Of a stretch of DNA of 32,000 nt, positions 9,074 to 18,382 are shown piece by piece; position 1 is the first letter of the stretch, and each line of letters opens with the position of its first letter. The stretch is from Nanobdella aerobiophila. Its GTDB lineage: Archaea; Nanobdellota; Nanobdellia; Nanobdellales; Nanobdellaceae. The stretch lies in NCBI RefSeq assembly GCF_023169545.1, contig NZ_AP019769.1, forward strand, positions 210,001 through 242,000. The letters are read 5' to 3'. A program made the position numbers and the translations under genes. The notes beneath the pieces are model-generated. The model did no database searches. It worked only from the letters and a program-made list of their open reading frames with translations, and was not told the origin of the DNA.

Positions 9074-10121
9074 TTTTAGTTTTCCAAGCCTTAGGATATA
9101 TATCCTTTTCCATAAATACTTTTTCTATATCTATAGCAACGCCTTTTTCAGATTCTATAATCTCTTTAGAACTCATTAGTGCATTTCCAACGGCAACTAT
9201 TTCATTCTTTAGCGTAAATATTGCAACTAGATCATTTTTATTTATATTAGAATATAATTTTGATATCCCTTTAACAAATAAATTAGATCCATAAGTTATT
9301 GAATTTACCGCAGAATCATGTATCCAAACTTTTTTTAAATGATCTGCTGCTATTTCTGGTGGTAAAAATACTTTTCTTATATATTTCTCATTTTTTTCAT
9401 TATTATAAAAATATATTGAATCTATAATATCTTGTAACGTTACTAAAGGATATTTTCCCCTTTCTTTTAATTCTCCTACTCTAACTCTTCTTAATTGTTG
9501 CATATGTGCTTTTGTACCCAAAGATTTACCAATATCATCTATTAATTTTCTTATGTAAACACCTGCTTCCGTAGAGACTTGTAATAGCCAATCTCTGCTA
9601 TCTACTTCTAATACTTTTATACAATAGATCTTTCTATTTCTAGGAATCTTTTTTACTGCAGATTTTAGCGGTGGTTTTTGAATTATATCTCCTTGGAATT
9701 TTTTCAAAGTATCAAATACAAGATCCTCATTTATATCTTTATGTATATGCATCCATGCAATATACTCTTTTCCGGCTTCCAGCAATAGTTTTAATATTTT
9801 TGTAGCTCTTCCTACACCTATCGGTAATACCCCTGTAACTTTTGGATCTAATGTTCCACTATGTCCTACTTTTTCTTTTAATATATTTTTTATCCATCCA
9901 GATACCTGGTGGGATGTGGGTCCTTTTGGTTTATCCAAATTTATTATAGAATATTTTAATAATATATTTATAGGCCTGTTCCAAGGATCAGAACCATATT
10001 TATAATCTGTATCAGATTCTTCTTTTATTATAACATCATATTTTTCGTTTTCATAAGGTAATTTACAATATTCTAACATTTTAATATATTTTTTGTACAA
10101 TTTATTAATATTTTCTTTCAT
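9063..10121 (-). CDS. cbf5: Cbf5 / TruB-family rRNA/tRNA pseudouridine synthase with PUA domain
   Basis: LDKPKGPTSHQVSGWIKNILKEKVGHSGTLDPKVTGVLPIGVGRATK, followed by EAGTYIRKL-like (EAGVYIRKLIDDIG) and a C-terminal PUA-like region. Confidence 0.95.
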   Translation of the reverse strand: MKENINKLYKKYIKMLEYCKLPYENEKYDVIIKEESDTDYKYGSDPWNRPINILLKYSIINLDKPKGPTSHQVSGWIKNILKEKVGHSGTLDPKVTGVLPIGVGRATKILKLLLEAGKEYIAWMHIHKDINEDLVFDTLKKFQGDIIQKPPLKSAVKKIPRNRKIYCIKVLEVDSRDWLLQVSTEAGVYIRKLIDDIGKSLGTKAHMQQLRRVRVGELKERGKYPLVTLQDIIDSIYFYNNEKNEKYIRKVFLPPEIAADHLKKVWIHDSAVNSITYGSNLFVKGISKLYSNINKNDLVAIFTLKNEIVAVGNALMSSKEIIESEKGVAIDIEKVFMEKDIYPKAWKTKTIN

Positions 10122-10446
10122 TTACTACCAAATGAAGAACCTACTATATTCTGGTATGAGGATATATTAGGTACAACATTTATAAATAATAAAAGATTAT
10201 ACGACATTGTTTATTATATATAAATTTTTTTGATAAAATTTATATATTTAATATATAAGTATTATAGATTATAAATATGATATATTATCTATTAGGTGGC
10301 TACTTTTGATTTATAAAGAATTACGATTGATAACATGTTATATATTAGGATGATTATACAGTAATAAAAAATTTTTAGTCGGATAATCACTATTTATTTT
10401 ATTATATAATAGGTATAACAATTTTTATTTATAAATAATATAGAAA

Positions 10447-10460
10447 AGTTTATATATCAT
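10447..10460 (+). promoter_or_regulatory. Archaeal BRE/TATA-like promoter element (AAAAGTTTATATAT)
   Basis: Purine-rich BRE-like stretch next to TTTATATA, upstream of the 10517 ORF. Confidence 0.5.
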
Positions 10461-10516
10461 CTATATAAATCTTTTCAATATAATATATAAATTTTAAGAT
10501 ACTTTTTATATGAATT

Positions 10517-10864
10517 ATGAATAAAGATTCAACTACTGTCTATATTGGAGATATAAAAAATGATCTAGAGGAGTTAAAGAGAAGGGGATACAGTATAAAG
10601 GATATATTAAAAAAAGGTATAGAGTTTATAAAGATGGAAGAAAAAGTACCTTATAGTATTTCAGAACTGGATCAGTCAATAAAAGAATTAAAAAATCAAG
10701 TAGAAATGATGCAACAATTTAATCTATCTGTTATTATGTTAAATAAAAGTATAACAAGGTTAAATAAGACCATGATACGAATGAAGAGAAAGAAGAAACC
10801 TAAAGAAATAAAAGAGAAGAAGAAAGGACTAATTAGAAGATTGATTAGCTCCCTCGTTGGATAA
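10517..10864 (+). CDS. Hypothetical basic, coiled-coil protein
   Basis: 115 aa ORF with ATG start preceded by an archaeal promoter-like sequence. The C-terminal half is rich in K/R. The 3' end overlaps rps4 by 36 bp. Confidence 0.5.
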   Translation: MNKDSTTVYIGDIKNDLEELKRRGYSIKDILKKGIEFIKMEEKVPYSISELDQSIKELKNQVEMMQQFNLSVIMLNKSITRLNKTMIRMKRKKKPKEIKEKKKGLIRRLISSLVG

Positions 10865-11386
10865 ACTAGCTATTTCTTTATTATCGATTTTAAATAATTT
10901 ATCTTTGCTAATATTCGAGTATTCATTATATCTTATCTTGTCCTCTTCGTCTTCTTTTACTAAATAACTTGGAGATGAGATAACTTTATCTCCGACCATT
11001 ATATGTTTATGTACTACCAGTTGTCTAGCCTGCTTTATTGTTTTTGCTAATCCTTTTCTATAAACTAGCGTTTGTAATCTTCTTTCTAATATATCTTTTT
11101 CTGTAATACCTAATGCTTCCGTTATATCTGAATTTTTATTCAGTATTTTTAGCCTAACTAACCTAGATCTTATCCTCTCTTCCTCTTTTATTACATCAAA
11201 ACCTGCTGCTTTCTGAGCATTTAGATACCTTATATAAAATCTTATCTTCCTTGCAATAGTCTGAGCCTTCCATAACTCCTTCTTATTTTTTAATCCATAA
11301 TTTCTTATCAATATATTTTCATGTTCTATATTCTCTTTATTCCATGGTGTTCCAGGTTTTTCCCACTTTTTTTTAGGTTTCCACAT
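10829..11386 (-). CDS. rps4: Small subunit ribosomal protein uS4 (archaeal type)
   Basis: 185 aa: [44 protein letters not shown]...[44 protein letters not shown]. Confidence 0.96.
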   Translation of the reverse strand: MWKPKKKWEKPGTPWNKENIEHENILIRNYGLKNKKELWKAQTIARKIRFYIRYLNAQKAAGFDVIKEEERIRSRLVRLKILNKNSDITEALGITEKDILERRLQTLVYRKGLAKTIKQARQLVVHKHIMVGDKVISSPSYLVKEDEEDKIRYNEYSNISKDKLFKIDNKEIASLSNEGANQSSN

Positions 11387-11387
11387 C

Positions 11388-11894
11388 TTATTGTTGTTTT
11401 TCTTGTTGGGATCTTTGCTCTTTATTTTTTACCACACCTACTGATCTTCCAAATCTGTGATGAGATCTTGTTTTTTGTCCTCTTACTGGTAATTTATACT
11501 GATGTCTATTTCCTTTCCATGTTCCTAAGTCAATTTCTCTTTTTATATCAAACTTTACCTGTATTTGTAAATCAGAACCAACTATATGCTTGCTTTTTCC
11601 ATCATATATATCCTTTCTTCTGTTTAGGAACCATTCTGGAATATTGTACTTCAATGGATTTTTTAGACAATCTTCCAATTTTTCTAATTCTTCGTCAGAT
11701 AATGAACCTATAGGTCTATTTTTTTCTAAATTTAATACAAAGCATACTGCATTTGAGAACCTCCAATTTACTCCAGGTATTTTAAGTAGTTCTAGATATA
11801 CCGGTCTGTGACCATTTATCTCTACTCCTGCTAGACGTATTACATCTTTTATATTGTTTTCTTCTGATACTATTGATTTAGATTTATTAGGCAT
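11388..11894 (-). CDS. rps13: Small subunit ribosomal protein uS13 (archaeal type)
   Basis: 168 aa: [32 protein letters not shown]... and [25 protein letters not shown]. Confidence 0.95.
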   Translation of the reverse strand: MPNKSKSIVSEENNIKDVIRLAGVEINGHRPVYLELLKIPGVNWRFSNAVCFVLNLEKNRPIGSLSDEELEKLEDCLKNPLKYNIPEWFLNRRKDIYDGKSKHIVGSDLQIQVKFDIKREIDLGTWKGNRHQYKLPVRGQKTRSHHRFGRSVGVVKNKEQRSQQEKQQ

Positions 11895-11944
11895 TAAATT
11901 AAATAAGTAAAAAACATTTAAAAATATATAATGAACTATTATAA

Positions 11945-13558
11945 ATGAACATTGGTTTTGTATATAAAGAGGCTACTACGGAATATTTTTATTTTGTTGT
12001 TGACCCAAAAAATAGATATACTATAGGTATTGGTAGTATATTGAAAGTTAGAATAAATAATTATGATTATTTTGCTATAATAGAAGATCTAAGGTCAGAA
12101 TCAGTTGAAGAAGATAGATTATTTGATTATGATGCAATAGACGTTATCTATGGAAAAATGCAAAAGGCTCAATATTTAATTATAGGTAAAGCAATATTTT
12201 TGGGAGTTATAAAGGATAATAAAATGTATTCAGAAAAACCAATAATACCACCAAGTCCTGGGGATATAATATATTTACCAACTAAAGAAGAAATATATAA
12301 AATATATTCTTTTGATGATCCTAGAACATTAATTCCAATAGGTAAAATATATTTACAAAATGAAGAATTTAATATAGATATTAATATAAAAAATCTCATA
12401 ATCAGGCATACAGGTATATTTGGTATTACTGGATCTGGAAAAAGTACTACTGTGGCTCATATAGTTAATCAATTAAAAAATAAAAATATACCAATTATAC
12501 TATTTGATGTTCATAGAGATTATATATTATCATATGATAATGCTATTATAATAACTTTTAGTCAAAAAGAAAAAGAATTTTTAGAAAAGTTAGCATATGA
12601 AAGAAATAAAAATATTAAAGTATATATTGGAAAGGTAAGATTAAATCTATTAATTGATTATATGGAAGAATTTTTAGGTATTTCTGGTAAACAGGCTTCC
12701 AATGTATTTTCTTTATTATCCAAATTGCTATCAAAAGATCCAAAATTTATAAATAAATTATTTGATATGATTAATAGAAGAGAACCTTCAGAAATATTTG
12801 AAAGATATAAAGAAGATACTATAAGATCATTATATTCTAGATTATTAAGGATAAAAGATTGGCAGTTATTTCCAAGAGATATAAATGATACTGGTGATGA
12901 TATAAAAGATTTAATAGATAAATTATCTGAAAATATGAGAGAAGGATCTTTTAATGATATATCTATAGTAAGTGAAGGAGATGAGGCAATATTAATGGAG
13001 AATAATAGATTTAATCCGAATATGCTTATAATAGATTTATATCCTCTATCTATCGAAGAGCAAAGAATATTATTGGATATTATACTAGAGTTATTATATG
13101 AAAAATATAAATCATGGAAATTAAATAATAGGACAGATATCATAGGTATAATTATTGAAGAAGCACATAGATTCGCTGCAAAATATACAAATGTATCAAA
13201 TAAAATTTCTTTAATAGCAAGAGAAGGTAGAAAATTTGGTTTAGGTTTATTATTAATATCTCAGATACCATCAAATATTTCTGAAGATATAATATCCCAG
13301 ATAAATACCTTTATATTATTGAAGATAATAAATCCTAAAGATTTAGAATTTATAAGAAAGACTTGTCCATATCTATCTAGAGAATATTTCGAAGCATTAA
13401 CAAAATTGGAAACAGGTAGTTGCTTAACGGTAGGATTAGCAGTCAAGAATCCTGCTATATTAAAAATTATAAAGTCTGTAGATGTTGGTGGAACAGAAGA
13501 AGATATAGATAAAAGAATATTGGAAAGAGTATCTTATGGAAATAAAAGCAATATTTAG
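11945..13558 (+). CDS. herA: HerA DNA helicase/translocase
   Basis: N-terminal HAS-barrel-like region, Walker A GIFGITGSGKSTTVAHI, Walker B IGIIIEEAHRFA, then RKFGLGLLLISQIPSNISEDIISQINTFILLKI. Confidence 0.93.
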   Translation: MNIGFVYKEATTEYFYFVVDPKNRYTIGIGSILKVRINNYDYFAIIEDLRSESVEEDRLFDYDAIDVIYGKMQKAQYLIIGKAIFLGVIKDNKMYSEKPIIPPSPGDIIYLPTKEEIYKIYSFDDPRTLIPIGKIYLQNEEFNIDINIKNLIIRHTGIFGITGSGKSTTVAHIVNQLKNKNIPIILFDVHRDYILSYDNAIIITFSQKEKEFLEKLAYERNKNIKVYIGKVRLNLLIDYMEEFLGISGKQASNVFSLLSKLLSKDPKFINKLFDMINRREPSEIFERYKEDTIRSLYSRLLRIKDWQLFPRDINDTGDDIKDLIDKLSENMREGSFNDISIVSEGDEAILMENNRFNPNMLIIDLYPLSIEEQRILLDIILELLYEKYKSWKLNNRTDIIGIIIEEAHRFAAKYTNVSNKISLIAREGRKFGLGLLLISQIPSNISEDIISQINTFILLKIINPKDLEFIRKTCPYLSREYFEALTKLETGSCLTVGLAVKNPAILKIIKSVDVGGTEEDIDKRILERVSYGNKSNI

Positions 13559-13859
13559 GTCGATTCAAAATAATTTTTTATTTTCTGAGGCTGAAATATA
13601 TAAATTTTTTGATTATATTATAAGTAAATATAATCTTTATATAAAAAATAAGAAAATTATTATAAGAGATGACGAAAAATTTTCTTCGTTTTTATTAGAA
13701 ACAGATAAATTTTTATTATCGTTGAATTATTGGGAAAAGATAGATTATTGTTTTGTTTATATATCTTCTGATTATTTAAATTTATCAGATATAATAAAAG
13801 AGATTATCAATTATCTGAAACCTGAAAATATAAAGCTTATAAATGAAAGAATAGAGTAA
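13536..13859 (+). CDS. Hypothetical protein translationally overlapping herA
   Basis: 107 aa ORF whose ATG lies 23 bp inside the 3' end of herA, on the same strand. No family recognised. Confidence 0.55.
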   Translation: MEIKAIFRSIQNNFLFSEAEIYKFFDYIISKYNLYIKNKKIIIRDDEKFSSFLLETDKFLLSLNYWEKIDYCFVYISSDYLNLSDIIKEIINYLKPENIKLINERIE

Positions 13860-13866
13860 ATAATTT

Positions 13867-14352
13867 ATGCAGATAGGAAGTCCATCTGTTCCAATTTATT
13901 ATCCAAATAATAGGTATTATCCTCGTCCAAATCAAAGAAATGTTTTTATGGGTAAAAATTATATAAAAACAGGATTAAAGTATCTATTTGTAGCATTATT
14001 AATATTTATTTTATTTATTATATTACTATTTGTTCTTAAAATTTTTACATTATTACTGATTTTTTCAATAATTATAATCCTAGTTGGTGGTTTTGGTCTT
14101 GATTATTTATGGAAAGGATTTGCAGAATATGAGAAAGTAACTAATAAAGGTGTGTTTGGTTTAGCAAAGTTTGGGGCTCTTTTATATATAATACCATTTA
14201 CATCTTTTATTGGAAGTATATTAGTAGGTATAGGATTTTATAATATAGGAGTATTAGAAAATAATGATAAAATTAAAATAGGAGGAATATTATCTGCTAT
14301 TCCTTTCGTCGGTATAATAGGATTATTAATATTATTGATTTATTTTCATTAA
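13867..14352 (+). CDS. DUF996-like membrane protein (copy 1)
   Basis: 161 aa with 4 or more TM segments: LDYLWKGFAEYEKVTNKGVFGLAKFGALLYIIPFTSFIGSILVGIGFYNIG...IKIGGILSAIPFVGIIGLLILL. Confidence 0.6.
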   Translation: MQIGSPSVPIYYPNNRYYPRPNQRNVFMGKNYIKTGLKYLFVALLIFILFIILLFVLKIFTLLLIFSIIIILVGGFGLDYLWKGFAEYEKVTNKGVFGLAKFGALLYIIPFTSFIGSILVGIGFYNIGVLENNDKIKIGGILSAIPFVGIIGLLILLIYFH

Positions 14353-14423
14353 ATTATCAAATTTTATATGAGCTTTAAAATTTATATATAAAATTTTATA
14401 AATAAGTATTTTTATATTATTCT

Positions 14424-14885
14424 ATGGATAGTGTAGGTTTAAATAAAATAAAAACTGCATTATTATTTTATATAATCGGGGCAGTGGTAGCGTTTACAGC
14501 GGGATTCTTAGGGCTATCAATATTTTCAGTATTCTTTTTCTTTAATACTATTGGAGGATTTATAAGAGAAATGATCGCAGTAATATTACTTTTAATTGTT
14601 ATAGTAATATATATAATAGGTTTAATATATATGTGGGATGGATTTTCTAAAATTGAACCGGAATTTGAAAATGCAGGTATTGGAAAAATAGGATTAATAT
14701 TGACATTAATTCCATTTTTAAATATAATTGGATTTATATTACTGGGAATAACCTTCTATTTATTAGGGGAAAAGTTAAATAGTTCTATGATGAAAGTGGG
14801 TGGTATATTAACAATAATACCTGTAATTAATTTTGTAGGCATTATAATACTATATGTAGCTTTTGGAGATATAATAACAAAATAA
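14424..14885 (+). CDS. DUF996-like membrane protein (copy 2)
   Basis: 153 aa paralog of the preceding gene: IYMWDGFSKIEPEFENAGIGKIGLILTLIPFLNIIGFILLGITFYLLGEKLNSSMMKVGGILTIIPVINFVGIIIL. Confidence 0.6.
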   Translation: MDSVGLNKIKTALLFYIIGAVVAFTAGFLGLSIFSVFFFFNTIGGFIREMIAVILLLIVIVIYIIGLIYMWDGFSKIEPEFENAGIGKIGLILTLIPFLNIIGFILLGITFYLLGEKLNSSMMKVGGILTIIPVINFVGIIILYVAFGDIITK

Positions 14886-14928
14886 ATCTTTTTTATAATT
14901 TTATCTGTAATAATATTTTTATTTAAAT

Positions 14929-15012
14929 GCCGTGGTGCCCGAGCGGTCCAAGGGGTATGGCTTGAGACCATATCCCCGAAAGGGGACGTGGGTTCAAATC
15001 CCACCCACGGCG
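14929..15012 (+). tRNA. tRNA-Ser (anticodon UGA)
   Basis: Manual fold: acceptor GCCGTGG/CCACGGC; D arm CCC...GGG; anticodon stem TATGG-CTTGAGA-CCATA (anticodon TGA); long variable arm TCCCC-GAAA-GGGGA; T arm GTGGG-TTCAAAT-CCCAC; discriminator G; no encoded CCA. Boundaries +/-1. Confidence 0.93.
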
Positions 15013-15090
15013 TTTTATATTGATGTAGTACATTTTTAATTAAATTTTCATAATTTAATATTTATATAAATTTATATTAACTCAATTTAG

Positions 15091-17532
15091 ATGGAAAATG
15101 AATTATTTGATATTGATAAAATAATTAGGGAGCTTAATACTAATATTATATCTGGTTTATCTGAAAGCGAAATACAAGAAAGAATTAAAAAATATGGTTA
15201 TAATTCAATAGAAGAAAAGAAGGAGAATAATATAATTAAGCTTTTGAAGAAATTTAAATCATTTACCTCAATTATGCTAGAATTTATATCTATACTATAT
15301 ATTGTTGTTCATAATTATTTAGATGCATTAATTGTAATAGGATTATTAATTTTAAATACTCTAATATCATTTATACATGAGGAAAGAGCAAATAAAGCAT
15401 TAGAATTATTAAAAGAGAAATTACAAATACAAGCAAGAGTCTTAAGAGATAATAATTGGAAATTAATTGAATCAAAATATTTAGTACCTGGAGATATTAT
15501 AAGATTAAGAGCAGGTGATATATCTCCTGCAGATTGTATTATATTGGATGACGAATCTTTAAATATAGACGAATCTGTATTAACAGGAGAATCTATTACA
15601 GTAGATAAAACAAAAGGTAATATAATATATTCGGGATCAATAATAAAAAGAGGAGAATCTAATTGTATAGTATATAAAACCGGTAAAAATACCTATTTTG
15701 GGAAAACAATAGAATTAGTTTCTACAGCAAAACCAAAATTACATATAGAAGAATTAACTATGAAAGTTGTAATATCTTTATTGATTATTGTTATAATATT
15801 TGGAGGAATAACTATTATTTTATCATATTTATATAATCCATCCATTAATTTTTTATTATCTTATATTATACCATTAGTAATATCTTTATTATTATTTGCA
15901 GTACCTGTAGCATTGCCAGCTATGCTAACTATTTCTATGGCAGTAGGGTCATATGAATTAGCTAGGAAAGGAGCATTAGTAACAAGATTATCATCTATAG
16001 AAGATGCAGCATCTATGACAACATTATGTTCAGATAAAACAGGTACTCTAACATATAATAAATTAACTATAACAGATATATATCCATTAGATAATTATAA
16101 TATAAATGATGTAATATTATATGGATCATTAGCATCAGAAATATCAAATAATGATCCTATAGATTTAGCATTTATAAATAAATTAAAAGAATTAAATATA
16201 AATAAAGATAATTATAATATATTAGAATTTAAACCATTTGATCCATCTACAAGAAGAACAGAAGCAAAAGTATTATATAATAATGATGTATTTTATGTAT
16301 CTAAAGGTGCAGTTAATATAGTTATAAACGATTTATGTAAGGAAGAATTATCATTAGATATTCAAAATATTGTAGATCAATATGCTAAAAAGGGCTATAG
16401 GACTCTTGCTGTTGCTATTAAAAATAATAATAAATGGATACCAGTAGGTTTAGTAGCATTATATGATATACCTAGAAAAGATACTCCAGAATTAATTAAA
16501 AAATTAAAAGAATTAGGAATTAAAGTAAAGATGTTAACAGGAGATGCATTACCTATAGCAAAAGAAATAGGTAATAGTATAGGATTAGATCCAAACAAAG
16601 TAGTATCTGGAAATGAACTAAGAAATTTATTAAAAGAAAATCCAGGTAAAGTAAGTAATCTAGTAAATAATTCAGAAATATTTGCAGAAATATATCCAGA
16701 AGATAAATATTATATAGTAAAATCATTACAAGATAAAAAAGAAATAGTAGGTATGACAGGTGATGGGGTAAATGATTCTCCATCATTAAAGCAAGCAGAA
16801 GTAGGTATAGCAGTATATAATGCTACAGATGTAGCTAAATCTGCAGCTTCTGTAGTATTAACTGTTGAAGGTTTACAAGGTATAGTAGATCTAATTAAAA
16901 TAGGTAGATCTGTATATCAAAGAATTGTTACTTGGATATTATCTAAAATTAATAGAACAATTGAAATTGCAATATTTGTCATGGTAGCTTTTATAATAAA
17001 TGTACTATTATTTCATAGAGCATTATATGTATTATCACCTATAGATATATTGTTGTTTTTCTTTATAATTGATTTTCAAACTATATCTTTATCTACCGAT
17101 AATGAAGAAGGATCGAATTATCCTGAAAAATGGAATATATTAAAATTGGTAAAATATGCTAGTATAATGGGGATATTTACATTTTCAGAAATGATGATAT
17201 TATTATATATCGCATTAAATATATTAAAAATAAGTAATATGCATCTATTACATACATTTTTCTTTATAGCAATTATATTTTATGGAATATTAATGCCTTA
17301 TGTATTTAGAGAGAGGAATAGATTCTATAAATCAAAACCAGGAAGAGCATTTTGGATATCATCAGTTAGTGGATTGTTTATATCCTCTTTACTAGCATTA
17401 TTTGGATTTTATATAATGACTCCTATTAATATTTATTGGTATCTAATAACAGTTATTTATAGTTTATTTTTTATATTTTTTGTAAATGATAATATAAAGT
17501 TATTATTAGAAAGATTAGGAATAGGAAGATAA
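15091..17532 (+). CDS. Plasma-membrane-type (P3A-like) P-type H+-transporting ATPase, copy 2
   Basis: 813 aa, same motifs as copy 1 (CSDKTGTLT, TGDALPIAKEIG, GMTGDGVNDSPSLKQAEVGIAV). Long stretches are nucleotide-identical to 3202..5649. Confidence 0.93.
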   Translation: MENELFDIDKIIRELNTNIISGLSESEIQERIKKYGYNSIEEKKENNIIKLLKKFKSFTSIMLEFISILYIVVHNYLDALIVIGLLILNTLISFIHEERANKALELLKEKLQIQARVLRDNNWKLIESKYLVPGDIIRLRAGDISPADCIILDDESLNIDESVLTGESITVDKTKGNIIYSGSIIKRGESNCIVYKTGKNTYFGKTIELVSTAKPKLHIEELTMKVVISLLIIVIIFGGITIILSYLYNPSINFLLSYIIPLVISLLLFAVPVALPAMLTISMAVGSYELARKGALVTRLSSIEDAASMTTLCSDKTGTLTYNKLTITDIYPLDNYNINDVILYGSLASEISNNDPIDLAFINKLKELNINKDNYNILEFKPFDPSTRRTEAKVLYNNDVFYVSKGAVNIVINDLCKEELSLDIQNIVDQYAKKGYRTLAVAIKNNNKWIPVGLVALYDIPRKDTPELIKKLKELGIKVKMLTGDALPIAKEIGNSIGLDPNKVVSGNELRNLLKENPGKVSNLVNNSEIFAEIYPEDKYYIVKSLQDKKEIVGMTGDGVNDSPSLKQAEVGIAVYNATDVAKSAASVVLTVEGLQGIVDLIKIGRSVYQRIVTWILSKINRTIEIAIFVMVAFIINVLLFHRALYVLSPIDILLFFFIIDFQTISLSTDNEEGSNYPEKWNILKLVKYASIMGIFTFSEMMILLYIALNILKISNMHLLHTFFFIAIIFYGILMPYVFRERNRFYKSKPGRAFWISSVSGLFISSLLALFGFYIMTPINIYWYLITVIYSLFFIFFVNDNIKLLLERLGIGR

Positions 17533-17562
17533 TTTATAAATTTATCTTATTTTTATTTTTTA

Positions 17563-18342
17563 ATGGATAAAATGTATTTAAGATTTGTTAAATATTTTTT
17601 TAGAAATCCTATTTTAACTACTAAATATATATTTTATAGGAAAATACTAAAGAGGGATAAGTTTAGATATAGAGGTATATTAATTGATTATGGTATATTT
17701 TGGGGTTTTGTTAATAATTTTTTTAGCCTTAAAGATATTAAAAAAATATCAGAAGACGAAATTATTATAAATATTAAAAATTTAGGAAAATTTTATGTAA
17801 AAAATTCTATTCCCGTTTCAGATATAACTGATTATAATATACTGAATGTTAAAGATAAAGTTGTATTAGATATTGGAGCATATGTAGGAGATAGTTCAAT
17901 ATATTTTATTAGAAGAGGTGCAAAGAAAGTATATACATATGAAGCAGTAAAAGATATCTATAATACACTAGTGAAAAATATTGAATTAAATAATTTACAA
18001 GATAAAATTATACCAATAAATAAAGGAATAGATTGTAATAAAGGAGAAAATTATATAAATATAAATTATAGTGCTACAGGCTTGGAAGTAGGTAATGAAA
18101 AAATAGAAACAATACCAATAAAAGATGCATTTGAAGAAATATATAATAAAGAAGGAGAATTTGTGGCAAAAATAGATTGTGAAGGATGTGAATATTCTTT
18201 ATTATGTTTACCAGATAACATATTAAAATATTCAAAAGAATATGTAATTGAAATACATGGCTCCCCTCAATTATTAATATCTAAATTTTTAAGGAATGGA
18301 TATAAAGTAAAAAGAATAGATAGAGATAATAAATGGTATTGA
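17563..18342 (+). CDS. FkbM-family methyltransferase
   Basis: VVLDIGAYVGDSSIYFIRRGAKKVYTYEAVKDIYNTLVKNIELNN (SAM-binding motif) and EFVAKIDCEGCEYSLL. Confidence 0.85.
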   Translation: MDKMYLRFVKYFFRNPILTTKYIFYRKILKRDKFRYRGILIDYGIFWGFVNNFFSLKDIKKISEDEIIINIKNLGKFYVKNSIPVSDITDYNILNVKDKVVLDIGAYVGDSSIYFIRRGAKKVYTYEAVKDIYNTLVKNIELNNLQDKIIPINKGIDCNKGENYININYSATGLEVGNEKIETIPIKDAFEEIYNKEGEFVAKIDCEGCEYSLLCLPDNILKYSKEYVIEIHGSPQLLISKFLRNGYKVKRIDRDNKWY

Positions 18343-18382
18343 GGAGTATATTATTTTTATATTTAAAATTAAATTATTAAAA

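Noticed and set aside
10261-10400. C/D-box or H/ACA guide RNA in the cbf5-flanking intergenic region
   Set aside because: I looked for RUGAUGA/CUGA and ANANNA/ACA in suitable geometry and found only partial matches (e.g. GGATGATTAT with no CTGA). Left as an unclassified ncRNA candidate rather than called.
11321-11811. Plus-strand ORFs 11321..11713 and 11590..11811
   Set aside because: They are antisense to rps4/rps13, which have unmistakable protein homology. Composition is Phe/Leu-rich, as expected for reverse complements of Lys/Glu-rich genes.
12169-13446. Minus-strand ORFs inside herA (12169, 12658, 13261)
   Set aside because: Antisense artefacts of an AT-rich coding region with no independent motifs.
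14756-15004. 82-aa minus-strand ORF
   Set aside because: It runs antisense through tRNA-Ser and the end of the DUF996-like gene. It is a spurious translation of the tRNA.
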